Source: Kudoa neothunni | Lineage: Eukaryota > Animalia > Cnidaria | DNA: 64,000 bases | Reading direction: 5' to 3' | Assembly: GCA_964304625.1 (NCBI GenBank) | Contig: OZ199838.1 | Span: forward strand, 667,059 to 731,058 | Shown: positions 1 through 13,540 of the stretch, one piece after another | How the letters are laid out: each line of letters starts with the position of its first letter | Numbering within the stretch: the stretch's first letter is position 1 | The notes under the pieces: model-generated | What the model was told of the DNA's origin: nothing | What the model saw: only the letters and a program-made list of their open reading frames with translations | Database searches by the model: none | Program-made: the position numbers and the translations under genes

Positions 1-1269
1 ATATTATCTACTTGATATAAATTACCAACGAATTTTGACTTCTTTTTCCGTTAACATATTGTTTCCCACTTTTTTTGGCCCACTATTTTTTAAATGTATT
101 GATTATTCTATCATAAACTGTTTTAACGTAGTATAAAGCTCCTATCACATAAAAATTTGAAAGAAATTAATATATACTTTTTTTTATTAAAATTCAAATT
201 TATTCGGTCAGATCTAACTTAATGTATCAAAATACACTAAAATGAAACATCTTTATTTCTTCATTTCGCCATAAACTGCATTTAACGAAATTCATGGTAA
301 TCCGACTTTCATTAGGATAAAACATCGTGCTTACGGGGCTAATAAAAAAGGGGAAAATAAATGAGATAAATACATTAATAATCAATGTTATTTATATTAG
401 GTTTAATCAAAAAAGAGTTATATGATTATATATGAGACAAGATTGACATTCGAGTCATTCTGATCTTAATCTGTTATAAACACATTAATTATTATTAATT
501 TTTATACAACCCATCATTGATTTATGTATTTTTTATGGTATTAATAGTCAGCTATAAATAATTGATATCACAAATAGCTAAATCAACTTAAAATTACGTC
601 ATGCTGCCAAATCATCTCATCAATACTTATGATTTTCCGCGTCACACCAAGGCGTATCACTAAACGTTCCAAAATTTCTATTCCCCAACAAAATGTGTTC
701 ACTTCAAAAGTTTAGAAATCTCGCATTAATTATTTATTTTGGTCTCATTACAACTTATATTTATCTCACAGTTATTTATATTAAGATTTATCTTTAAGCA
801 GTGTCTATTGTTTCTTACAAATTCGGTTTAATGTTGTTAAGCAATCTGTTTTAAATTACGATCCTTTAATAAATTACCATAGTATATTAAATATTTATAT
901 GTAATAAATGTGAGATGATGATCTGTAGGAACATGCGTTAAATTTCGTTATTTAGGAAATATAAAACATTATTATTCTTGTAATTTAACACAATAAATTA
1001 TCATGTTTATTCCTATATTCGTTTTTAATCTTGTAATGAATTATTTTTTAACTTTTATGATCGGTAAATCTGTTAGTTCTTCGTATAATATAATAAGAAG
1101 TTGTTGGTATAATGAACATGTGATAAGTTTATAATGTAATAAATTCTTTAACAAAACCATTTTATTAATAGTTACAAAATTTTTTATGTGTATTAAAGTC
1201 ATTGTAGTGATTCTCATTAACTCAAAACTTTAAAGAGCGCTGAATGTCCAATGTTGATTTTTTTGACGT

Positions 1270-2870
1270 TGATCTTCACATAGAATCATTCAATATAGTG
1301 TATGATGAAAAATATTTTATTTTATTAATATCAACTGTAATATTTTAACTTATAACTTAATTTAATCAAAAAAAATCGATTATTTATATACTCACTTATT
1401 TAGAATTTGTATTTAAAATGTAACTTGAACAATATTAGTTGAAATATTACGTGATTGCCCATTATTTAACTTTAAATCATAATTAAAATGTTGTTTGACA
1501 AAGCTAGATATATAATTACTTATTGGTGATTAAATTTATGCAGTTTTTGACTTGATATTTTTATATTAACCAAAAAAACGTTGTTCCCATTACTGATGTT
1601 GCATATAATTTGAGCCATTAAAATAAGACTGAAATATTTTAGAATATGATAAAAACATAGTTAAAAATTTGTTCTGACTTATCGTTCAACTATGTCGTTA
1701 TCATTAGGAGAGACTTTTTTGTTAGTTTCCATTATTAAATTATATTTTTTTATTATTTTACTAAGCCAAGATAAAATTTCTTCGGTTTTCTCTTCAAACA
1801 TTCCGATCGCCCCCATCTCGAATGGTCCCCAAGAGTCTGTGGTCGCAACAAAATACACGGGAGCTTTAAAATCTCTTAGCTTGTAGTAGCATCGATAAAA
1901 AACATTTTAGGGTATGTTTCAAGGATTTATTTCATTCTCAAATAAAGTCTTATCTATTTTCAAAGATTTCTATATATGTGCCTTGTTACTTTTTTAGATT
2001 TTGCATAAATTCTACATTCTTTGAGTGGAATCTCTTTGAATATTTCATGTCTTTAATTTTTTTTAGAGAAATAAACTCCATTTTCTCAAAATAACTTATC
2101 TTTGGCAAACTTGAACTTCCATAACTTATAAAAGTTATGAAATAAAATTAACCTACTCATTAGTTATTCATTTTGTTTAATAATGATTTTGATGAAAAAT
2201 GTAAGAAATCATGAATACAAGGAATGTTGAGGGATTTCGAAAAAATCTTTTCTCTGGCAGAATATATTGAAACATTCAAAACCAGGACTTGCTTTAAAAT
2301 TAGAATTTTTATTTTTTTTGCCAGAATATTGTTTTCATTTAAATATTAGATAATATTACAATAAATATTTATACATATGTTAAGTTTTTAAAATATTTAC
2401 GTTTTGTCAGTCATGAATACAACGGTATTTTATTTGTTAATACTGAAGGGCTGTATTAAATATTCAATCACATCGTTTCTTAGCAGTTTCAATGGTTTTA
2501 GATTCTAATATGGATAAACTGCTCACGTCATTTTATTCGAAAATCTCAATCTTCAATTATACCCCTTTAAAACTGTTAAATGAAACTCCTGTGTTGAACA
2601 TATTATTTTAAGAAATAATATTATTAAGGCTTAGGTATTCCCTTCAACATTCATTTCACGCAAACACGTTAAAAATTAAATTCTCAAACTTTCTTCTACT
2701 AAAACAGATATTTTGGGATATAACAATTCGTTTGTTTCTATTATTAGTGTTAATAAAGAAATATCTCACTTATATATAATGATTTTAAATTATATCATAA
2801 AGTGTGAATACACTATTTTCATTTTACAATAAAATATATCGAAATTTTATCTATATTAGCTTTAAATTAA
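1270..2870 (-). mobile_element. Degenerate MULE (Mutator-like) transposase remnant, copy 1
   Basis: The minus strand of ~1660-1900 translates (with lesions) as FIDAT-KLRDFKAPVYFVATTDSWGPFEMGAIGMFEEKTEEILSWL...DIVER, resembling the MULE DDE core. The block aligns by eye, inverted, to 59170-60800. Boundaries are approximate. Confidence 0.7.
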
Positions 2871-5800
2871 CATTTAAACGTTCATTAAAATATATAAAAC
2901 TCATTTTGATTAATATATAATTCAAAAATACAAATACAAAATTTTAGGGGTCAATTGACACTGCTGATTATTTATTTAGCTAAAACAAAAAATATAAAAT
3001 ATCTACTATCTGTAAATATTTTTTACAATCATTATCCTATCTTTTTAAAAATACGACAGTTTAAAGAAACTACGGTAGATTTAATATAGCCGCGCATGCG
3101 CATTGGTGGTTAAAAATAAAAGAATGAATAAATTGTTTTGATTATTTTTACTCAAATTAAAAAAAAATTTTTTATATTAAAATGTTTCGTACGTAAGAAA
3201 TTGTGAAAATAAAACACAATTATTGGATACAAAATGCGAATATGAGATGGTCGAATCACACCTTCGTGCGACACCCTCACGTAAATTAATTGAATTCATC
3301 CAAAAATAATATATTTCAAATATAAATGTAATAATAACAATATTAATTATTAAATAAAAGTAATAGTTGATATTACCCGATATAAAAACAACGAAATTTT
3401 CTTCGTTACGACATTCCCTAGAGATATAATTCGTTTCCTGTTAGATAATATTGTATTTAAAAAATAAAAGAGAATTTTTACTTCATGAATAAATCTTTAA
3501 ACAAACCAATATTATCTCCAACAGAGGTGAATATTTTTTTCTCCTTGATATAGTATAGGTTTTCGATCGGAATCAAGGATTAAATTATAAAACACATTCT
3601 AATATTATACCCCATTAAATTTTTTTTTGTGAATTAGATGCTACTTTACAATTATTTGTCTATGAATTTTATCTACTATATATAATTCCTGAGAAAATCG
3701 TCGGTAAACAATCCTTCTAGTAATTATCCTTAAGGACAATAAAATATACCATGATTAAATAATATACAAAATAAAATAAAAATTGAATTAACTGATAATA
3801 TTATAGTAAACTTGGTATTTATTGTTCATTTTCAGTTTCATAGTTTGTAGTTTCTTTCGAAGAAAATTGAAAAAATAGAATTGATAGAAATAAATAATGA
3901 AAAGGTGTATTTTATTTTTTTTGTGTTAACTATTTTTTTCACTTTGGCTTTTCTTGTATTTTCCAAAGTTGTACAAGAGTTCAATAAATTAAAGTCTAAA
4001 ACAGGTCTCCAAACCTTTTTTTGTCGACCCCCTCCAGGGATGTTTTTAAAAATATTAATGTATTTTCGGCATTTTACTAGATCAAATATAAATTTTTCTA
4101 ATATATCCATTAATATTCTATTTCCAATATCGAATATTTATGCAAAATTATATTAATCCAAAAATATCATTTACTAACAATGTGATATCTAAAGATATCA
4201 GAAAAAATTCAGATATTTTTAAATTCTTAGAAATTATTATAATCAAGTGATACCATATAAAACAACTATATTAGCTAATTTCCCATACTATACATGGTTT
4301 CCATCATATATCATATTAAACTGGCCTCCTTAGTAGGGTCGCTTGTATAAGATAATAGTTGTATACTTTTGCGTAATAATAAGTACAATGACAGATATTA
4401 TGATTAGGTTACATCACATTAAAATAAACAAGTTTATATTTACTCATGGCTTTCTCTAAAACATAAAAACAATATTATACTTTTTACCTAAGATAGTGTT
4501 CCGTGGATTGATGTCACACGAAGAGTGTTCGAAGTGTCCTCCAGGATAGAAATTAAGATTGCAGATTATTATAATTATTTTCGTAACCTTAGTAATTTTG
4601 ATACAAATCAATTTGAAAAACATGACTTGTCCTTCCTAGTCAATTGTAAATTTAATGTAAATTATCGTTCTTATTTTATTTACTGTTGATAAGAGTCAAT
4701 AATGGTGATCATTTAAATTCAAGAAAAATTTAACGTTAATGTATTCGCTATTTATTTATTGGCTGCAAAGTATGTCTCTACATAAATGATAATGAATTAA
4801 ATTACATAATAAGGGAAATTGGAGATTGATATTAACATAGAAATAACGCAAAAATGATAGGAGTGAGTTATAGTTAATTTTATTAAATAATGTAGCACAG
4901 AGTAAAAAAAATGGAAAGCATTACCTTAAAAGCCCAAAAATTAAATGAGATCTCTATAACACATATCAATTCTTCCACTACCTCCAACGTAATTACCGGC
5001 CCCTTAGGAACTATCATCGACCACTTTGGTGACCCTTGAATTCACATAAACATAGCAGTTATTCCATAATTTGTACTTCCAATTGGATTATTTATGGTGT
5101 TATAACTTTTATATGTGTACCCTTCCTTCCGTAACGAATATTTATCACTTTTAATAATTATAAAGTAATAACAAATTTAATACATTTAAGCAACGCTTTA
5201 TAAAATGACAGCTACCTCGTATTAGAATTACAATGAATATGAATCGTGCCATTTGGACCGCGCCTTGTTGATGGAGACAAAAATAGCTTAAAAATAAATT
5301 TAAAATTGACATTTCTATTAGAATCGTCGATTTTTGTTAATTAGAATTTTGTAGCCAATGTTATCCCTCTAATGGTTTTGGGGTAAAATTTACCCCAAAA
5401 CGATTTTATTAATGGTATATCCTTTTTCACAGTAAACCAATACCTAATAGATTCCATTTTTTATTCTAATATAATTTTGCCTTATATATGATAAAAAAAG
5501 TTGTTTCGAGAAATTTTTGTATAAGTTTTAATTTTTATTATATCTTGTAATAGACTTTAGGGTAAAATTTACCATATGTTTTTTTTTGGTAAAAAATATT
5601 CCAAAAAATGTAAACAATTTCGAATTTAGATATAATAAAATTCCTTTAAGTGGTTTTTGTAGAAAGTAAGGAAATGTTAATTTAATTAATTAAGTCCACT
5701 ACATTATCCCTAATATCTAAATCTAATGTAGAATAACCATCATATAAGCAACAAATTTCATCCTCCTACAGATTGATCTCCTTTATTTCACCATTAATTT

Positions 5801-5899
5801 GCTCTGGGCATAAAATATCATTTCTATCTCCATTATATGCATTTTTTATTATTAAAACATCGCATATTCGTATAGAGAACAATTCATCAATGGGTAAAT

Positions 5900-6330
5900 A
5901 CGTCTTTTAAAACAATTTCCAATTGTTTTGGAGTAAACATATCCCAAGCATCTGTTTTAAGAAACATTGCCTCCAATATGTTTGGAGGTTTGTGATCAAT
6001 GCCTGTTTCAACACGAGCGATATATCACTTATTCATAACTCTTTTTTAGGTTAATTTAAACGAATATAGTCCTCTGATCAAGAGGTTGTAAAACACTCAT
6101 AGTTTTTTGGGGAGAAAAACCATTTTAGTATTGCTCAATTTTTTTCCAATGAAGGATGCATTATCAAGAACACCATAACACATGTTTATTCTTTTTTTCA
6201 AATAATTGCTTAATTTTGGTTATATATCTCATGAATACATCGTTATTCATCCAACCAATATTATTGTTTTTTTATGACATCCGAAATTATTTAATATTCT
6301 TAAAACAACAAGTGTTTTTGTGATTGCTGA
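5900..6330 (-). mobile_element. pogo/Tigger-type (DDE_1) transposase fragment, degenerate
   Basis: Minus-strand motifs NNIGWMNNDVFMRY, VLDNASF and VFLPKK..VLQPLDQ occur in the expected order, interrupted by frameshifts and stops. Confidence 0.65.
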
Positions 6331-6378
6331 TTTTCATTGGCTCGAACTTTTCACCACATATAGAGACGCCTAATGCTA

Positions 6379-6815
6379 GCCGAGAACAGATAACACATCG
6401 GTGTGACACTCAGACTCAGAACCATGAGGTAACGGATTCGAAACTAGGGGTAGTCAAACTACTGCCTCCGTGTCGGTGGGTCTCTATCCCATATTTGTGA
6501 GCCGTGATTAAAGTTTAAGCTCGCTGTGAAGTGTGATGAGCGTTAAAAGGAGATTAAATATCCGGAACTCATCGAAAGGAAAGAAATTTGCAGCCCTCAC
6601 ATAACCAACGTCCATAAACGGATACGGTTTGGGATCGTGGTCGCCCTGAGACGAGGATGTTTAATGGATTAAAGTCCCACACCATCGCATAAAGATAAGG
6701 GGGGAGTTTAATGTAACCTCCTGCGGTGCCTGAAACTTCAATGGAAGAGGTCTAACTAACAAGAATTCCACAACCTAATAAATTGCGTCATGGGTTTTCC
6801 CTTGTAAACAAAAAA
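6379..6815 (+). mobile_element. tRNA-derived SINE, copy 1 of 3
   Basis: GC-richer ~435-bp unit, homologous end-to-end to 19667-20102 (-) and 55407-55833 (+). It has A-box-like TAACACATCGGT, B-box-like GGATTCGAAAC and an A-rich 3' end. Confidence 0.8.
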
Positions 6816-7399
6816 CTTTTACCCCCAATGTAAAAATATACGAATATTTTACCATTATGAATAAAATAAAAATTACGAATTAATTTTTCGGCCAAATAAT
6901 CTTAATGATTTTTTTTATTATAACTGCATACATATTTTTAGTGCGTATTATCGGTTACTAGGTGTAATGGGCACTTATTATGATGGTCCTAAGGGGATTA
7001 TATGTTATCGATAGCCTAACATATTATTTAAAACGAAAAAACCCTTTGGTCCAATTGGCCCCATAAGCACTACGTGTATTTTTTTTATATCGTTGTTTAT
7101 TCTACATGTTCAAATTTTCACTGAATAATTATTATATACTATTTGTTTTAGGAGAATACACCGGTTATTACAATTTTTAAATTCTTCTATGCATATAAAA
7201 CCTGTAAAACAGTAGGATCTGGGGACAATTTGACTCCAGAAACGCAGGGAAGATTATATTTATCTCCTTATTTTTTCGTTAAACTATGCTATGCTAAGTT
7301 AAAAATAATAATATTAGAACATATATTTAAAAAACACATGTAAAATACTCCCAAACAACAAAAATATAGAATGTTAGTGTTAATGATTCAAACATATCG

Positions 7400-8950
7400 T
7401 ACAAATATATTTTGAGTAGGGCTTACAACAAGGAGAAGAACAGATATCAAATCTTACTGTTGTTTTTATGTCTTTTTATCATACAAAATCGATATCTGGA
7501 ATAATTGTCGTTGATTGATGAATCTCTGAATATATTTAACGGGTGCACTCGTATTACGTTTTGGATTTTCCTTGAAACTAATGGACCGACTAATTGTTCA
7601 ACAATCATTTTTAGGAAATTCCTCCTCACAAGATTTGGCGAATTAAATACATTTTCGTAAATACAAAAAACCATGATAAAAGAAATATCCAACGTATTAA
7701 AACACGAAGAGTGGCCTGCGACATATGATTCTTGTTACACTCAGCTATGCTAAGCATCTAGCATTCGTATCAACTCCACCTTTTATAGCGTTATAATAAA
7801 CTATAACGACAGGTTTATGTAGTGGTCCGGTCGCGGTGTGAACTTTGGCAGTCGAAGAACAAAGCATATAGGCTGGTTTATTTTTGCGCAACAGATATCC
7901 TAATATCATTTTTTTGTCGCGAAAAACGAATAGGGAATAATTAATGGTACTATTATTTCAGGTCGCAAGTAAAGAGGGATTACCTTTATTATAGCACATC
8001 GTTTCAACTATCGTAATTCTTCTCTCAAGTAAATCATCGGCCAGCCCAATGGAGGTAAACTAATTGTCACACAGTAAATTCCTCCTTAAACCTTAAAATG
8101 GTTCTAATAGCGACAGTAGAACAGAATTTTTACCAACGTTAATTGTTCTTGCTGCTTCATTATTTCGTTTACCCAAATACACAATTATGATAGATACACA
8201 GGTTAGTACAGGATCGATCGACAAAAAAAGCTTGATTCCGTACTTGATTGGTTGGCATCGACAATATATACTTTTTGAATTTTAAACGAACTCTGAAATC
8301 AGCAAGTTGTTTGTTGATGCAGAGATCGTCTAAAGAACGAAAGCCTCGAACGAGTAAATTATGCCAAATATTCCATAATTTGCGGATATGGCAAAATTTA
8401 TCGGTTTCCATGTTTTCAAAATGGAGAGATCTCATTACTTGTCTAAATCGATTCAAAGTAAATAAATCGCGGTAAATCTTCCTCCCTTCATCAGGGTCAT
8501 AATTTCCGAAATAGGTTATTGATTATCCATATGAACGCCCATCAACAAAAGATATCCCATAGAGCCATCCAATTCTATTTGGTCTAACTCTGTCTAAGCA
8601 TCGCCGAAAATGTATTCTCCGCATTGATTGATGTAATTCAAAACAATTTCATACATTCATTCGTTAAAGAATACTCCAAACGAACCGGTTGAATTATTTA
8701 TAATTTGAGATGTCCCAGGAGCAATACCGAAGTGATGATACATATCGTTTTCGGCTGCTGTTCTAGTGGGTAACGGAGGCTCAGTCTCTCATATAGTTCC
8801 ATTTTTATCCAAAAGTTTATTTATCAGGATATTTGAATCAACATTGTAACCATCCTATGAAATATCATTCGTAAGTAAATTATCGTAATTTAATGAATCA
8901 GTATCAAATCAGTCATCACTATAATGACTCCGACTCAGCGGAAAGTAAAT
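7400..8950 (-). mobile_element. Degenerate piggyBac transposase
   Basis: Motifs in order: NRFRQVMRSLHF..DKFCHIR, ADFRVRLKFKKYILSMP, LLCDN*FTSIGLADDLL, YYNAIKGGVDT, RRNFLKMIVEQLV. Many stops and frameshifts. Confidence 0.85.
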
Positions 8951-10213
8951 AGTTTCGTGCATGTGCGTAAACAAATAAAAGATATTCTTTGTTGATTTAA
9001 TCAAAATTTATTCGATAAAATTTTCTCAAACATTCACAACGATATACTTTAATATTTTATATAGTTTTATCGGCAAAAATTAAGGTTATATTTATACCTC
9101 AATTTTCGTTGGAAGATATAATATAGATCATTTTTTTAATAATTAAAAATAATTAAAATTTTAGTAGATGGAAAAATATTATTGGATTAGAAAGGGTCGT
9201 TAAAGAAATCTTGATCTTCTACGAATTAATAAATTGAATTCTAATATTTCGGTAAAGTATAAATATGCCCGGTTTTTTTAAAGGGTTCATAATGAAACAT
9301 TCAAAAACCACCTATATATCATATATTCGAGTATATACGAAACATATTAATTTTTAAATCCAATAAATGATTTATTTAATGTATATATGGTTTAAAATAT
9401 AATAATAAATATTGTATTAATTAGTACTAGATAAAATTAATAATAATAATAAAAAAATTTTTAAAAAGAACAAATTATAAGCGTGTTAAAAACTACCAAT
9501 CATAAATTAGTGAATTAAATCAAGAATACGTGAATATTAAAATTATTTGAATTTGTATATGTTTTAATCTAAATATATTACCTTTGTATTATGTTTATAT
9601 TTGAGATTTATTTTTTTAAAGTAAAATGAACAATGAAAAAATAGATAGTAAATTTATCGATAAGTATGTAACAGGTTATTTAAGTGATGAAAAATGTTGT
9701 ATGTTGTTTTCGGAGTATGTATGATAAAATATTTTTATAATGTAACTATTTTATGAAAATTTAAATATTAATCTATATATTTTATCTATATATGTAAAAT
9801 AACTTTTATGTATTTGAATATAGTTAAAAAAATATATAATTATTACAAAAAAATTCTGTTATAATTGAATAATACATTAAAAATCAATTAATTCAATAAC
9901 TTAAGAATAATATTTATAACTTCCTAAAAATTATTTGAATTCCTTAGTTTAAATGATATGTTTTCTTGTAGAATGAGGTATCAATATATTCTTATCACAT
10001 TGCTTTGATCGTTGTGTCAATAGAAATTAATGATTAATAAATCTGGATTATTATTATTATTATTGAATGAATGTATAAAATAATTTATTTTTTTTAATTG
10101 TATAAACCTTTACTTTGATGATAGGCAACATATTAATGATTGATAACCATTATCTTATCTAGCCACGTATTTTATAAATAAGAGAAATTATTTGAAAATG
10201 ATAAATTCTAAAA

Positions 10214-11268
10214 ATGCCATCATCACAACTCATAAAGACGTTTCATATTTTGATTAGTAATCGTACAAGTTAAAAATATTGTTTTTTATATTGTATAGGC
10301 TTACTAGGGTGCTTCATTATACTTGCGATTGAAGCAAATGACACGAAAAGCCTAGAAATGCGAATTAGAATAAATAAAGAACCAACAGAAAGACTTATAA
10401 AAGGTGTTCGGTCTCAATTGTTATTAAATGATCCACCTAAATTTCTAATTCCAGTAATAAATATATATGTTAGTCATTTCATTTTATTTCAATTATAGTA
10501 CATTGATGGAAGTTTAAAGCTATTCCCTTTTGATGGACTGATTGGCCATATATTAAATGCTACATTGATATGTGAACAGCTGGCTAGATGTAATCATCAT
10601 GGATTAGGTAACCAATATATGTTGAATTTAATGTGATGTATTTAAAGTGAAGAAATTCCATAGATATGTACAATGTATACCGTGTTTGGTATGATGAAAT
10701 TTAGATATCAAATGTTAATTTGGTTAGATTAAAGCACATACAGCTAGAGTTTTGATGACTACTGAATTTAATAAAAATAAGGATGGAGAAGTTTTCAAAT
10801 TCAAAAGCGTTGTAATTAACTGAGAATTCATTTGATTCTCCATTTAAATTTTCATATAGGTTGCCGGACGAGAAAAAATATACTTCGGTGTATTTTCTGG
10901 TCATATGCCTAATGTATTTTGTTATCTACAAAATTTCTGTCCTTATAGGTAAAATGATTCAGCGGGTTATATTATTATATTTATTTTAGTATATTGGGCC
11001 TACAAGATAGGGTTTATTTTCAATATATGAATATACCCCAAATACAGTAATCGAATTATTTCCAGCAATAATTTTGACATCATTTAGGCAATCAGATAAA
11101 AATCAGTCGGCGGGTAACCGAAATAACATTTAATAATTTATTAATTATTATGAAGGAAACTACACCGAAACTAAGAACTTACTAGGACCATGGTATTCTG
11201 AATATTGGTTTGAAAAGTTAGAGGGAGTCAACATTTGTGATTTTTCCAAGTTGATAAATGACTATTGA
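10214..11268 (+). CDS. Uncharacterised secreted Cys-patterned protein, paralog A (238 aa, 9 exons; possibly saposin-like)
   Basis: Exons 10214-10256, 10299-10453, 10499-10607, 10648-10688, 10728-10811, 10860-10948, 10990-11046, 11088-11113 and 11156-11268 are joined by GT-AG introns of 39-48 nt. They give one open frame: MPSSQLIKTFHILISLLGCFIILAIEA...LICEQLARC...CIPCLIKAHTAR...MPNVFCYLQNFCP...NYTETKNLLGPWYSEYWFE...LINDY*. The paralog at 45512-46573 has the same structure. Confidence 0.85.
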
Positions 11269-12173
11269 AAGCAGAAACAATTAGTTGCTAGTTTGATTAT
11301 TAACACGTTACATTTTTATATAACTGGCTTTGCTAGAGTAATTCCCAATATTCATGATCAAATTTTACATAACGCATTAGCTATGAATGTGTGAAACAAC
11401 GAATTCGTTGGAAATATGTTTTTTATTTATATAATAAAATTTAAAGCATATATTTCTTTATAAATTTTATTCAATGGATTATATATGGTTTATTAAATTA
11501 TAAAATATAATTTAAAATAAAAATCGTTACTTTACATTTTTAAATAATTTTTAAAACCATCGAAATTACCTACATTCCATTATGGCGTATTGTAATAACT
11601 CGCGTAAAAACTCACTGAGAAATGGCCAACCCTGTTGCGTAAGGACTTATTTACACAATCACTATAAATAAGTACAACAATATTTGCACAGAAAAATCAT
11701 TATTTAATTGAAACAACAAGGTTTTTAGAAAATTTTATTTAATGCGTACTTTCACATGAAATGATATTCGAAAAAACAATTGTACTAACGATACCAAAAA
11801 AGTAACTGAAATTTTTGGGTAGTTTACGATTCTTTCGCTAGATATTTTAATTTTATTCAACTAAACAATCATACTATTATTGAAAATGTCTTTAAAAACC
11901 ATTTTTTACGTTAAAATAAAAACGCGCCACAAATTTTTTTTATCGCATTTTTTCTATTTCATTTAAGAAAATACTTATGGAAAAAAAATACATAATTTGA
12001 CCTAATTTGTTCTATATTTAATTGTTCGAATTTCACATATAATGCTATGCAATTTAATAACCTAATGTCTGTGCCTCTCGTAATTAGCAATATTGAATTT
12101 GAAGAATATATAAATCTTCAACTTTTAATGTCTACCTAACTTCGATATTTAATTAATATGAGAATAATTTCAT

Positions 12174-13540
12174 TAACCTTCCGATACCAAGGGAACAATT
12201 GGGGGTATATCCGGGAGTTGGACACTGTGTCCAACCCCAAAAAGGCATTGAATTATATAAATGAACAATGAATTATTTATCAAACATGTTTTCCATTATA
12301 TTACCGTTATTTATAATTCATCACAAGCGGATTTATCGCATGTATTCCAAGTTAAAAGGCATCGTTTATTGGGAGATGTGTTAGAAACAAAATAACGTCC
12401 GCATTTTCTGGGCCTATTGTTTGTATCTTCACTGTTATTTTGTTAAATTGTTTTGAATTCCTCTAAAATTTCCATTCACAACATTTCTGATGAAGTAGCT
12501 TTCAGGCTGAAGTTTTTATTAACTATAAAATTGAGAGTCCTACTCCCATGCACTTGAAATGTTTTGTGTTCTACCACTTCTGTATCTTTTATAATAGAGC
12601 TATTATCCAGCGTCTAATACAATAAATCTCAACATTTTCGATCTTAACCAACTCTTCTTTTTTAGGATAATAATTTTTTTCCCATATCTTTTTATGATTG
12701 CACCATGTAGTCTTCAGTGAAAAAATATATTTTTTTACAAAATAATCTTTATTTTAAATAATATGAATAATAAATATTTATACGTGAATGTACGTATTAT
12801 TTACGTAGTATAGATGTTTCCTAGGAATCATGGCCACCATCCAACAACAAGTTATCATCTTTGTCGCTTCGCAACTTCTGTATATTATGATCATATTCTT
12901 TAAAATATGATATAACGCTGAAATATGTTTCGAAATCGAAGGAAAACGTATTATTCTATTTATTGCAAATCTCGTGGTGTATAAAATTTAATCTACTCTT
13001 AAAACATTCGACAACTAACATTACATCATATTTAATTTGGTCCACTTATCAATATCGTATTTTATTATTTGAAAACATTTTCTAATATATTTAAGTTTTT
13101 TCTATCCAAAAAATCTAAATTTAAAATAAAGAATAAATAGATTCAATGAACAGCTAAATATTACAAAAATTACATTCTACGGATAAATTTTATTTATAGA
13201 TTCCTGACATTATTACACAAAATCATATTTCTCATTTTTAGTTAAAAAAACTATAAAAGAATTCTGTACTATAATAATGAGACTATAATTAATCAATTTA
13301 CACTTGGACCAAAAAGTGGCCTACTGAGCCTTTGTCTTACTTTTTGAAAAATCTGATAAAAACATACATAGGATGAACAAATTATTTTGACTCCTGTAAA
13401 TATAATTACATAAAATTTATGATATACTTTACATAAAATTAATTTTGTGATATAGAATTTCCCTATAATTTTATATGCATTTAATTAAATTTTGGACCAA
13501 AAAGGGACCACTAAGTTTTCTAGGGTGAAGGAGGTAAATT
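12174..13540 (-). mobile_element. Highly decayed piggyBac-derived remnant
   Basis: TTAACC terminus and palindrome TTGGACACTGTGTCCAA near 12175-12240. A decayed Cys-rich C-terminal-domain-like stretch (RKCGR...KRCLLTWNTCDKSACDE) lies on the minus strand at ~12310-12420. Repeated TGGACCAAAAG motifs at ~13305 and ~13493. Confidence 0.4.

Noticed and set aside
3838-4156. Overlapping ~90-aa ORFs on both strands
   Set aside because: Low-complexity AT-rich translation; no domain or consistent exon structure could be built. Possibly TE debris.
6379-6815. Self-cleaving ribozyme (hammerhead or HDV-like) within the 430-bp repeat
   Set aside because: No conserved CUGANGA...GAAA core was found. A partial HDV-like pairing (GCCGA / TCGGT-GG) could not be completed with P2/P3/P4 consistently across copies. 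The tRNA-like head explains the fixed 5' end. A covariance-model search would settle it.
11266-11400. Selenocysteine or TGA=Trp recoding at the shared TGA of paralogs A and B
   Set aside because: There is no convincing SECIS stem. Paralog B stops at TAA soon after. Intact genes use TGG for Trp, and TGA behaves as a normal terminator.
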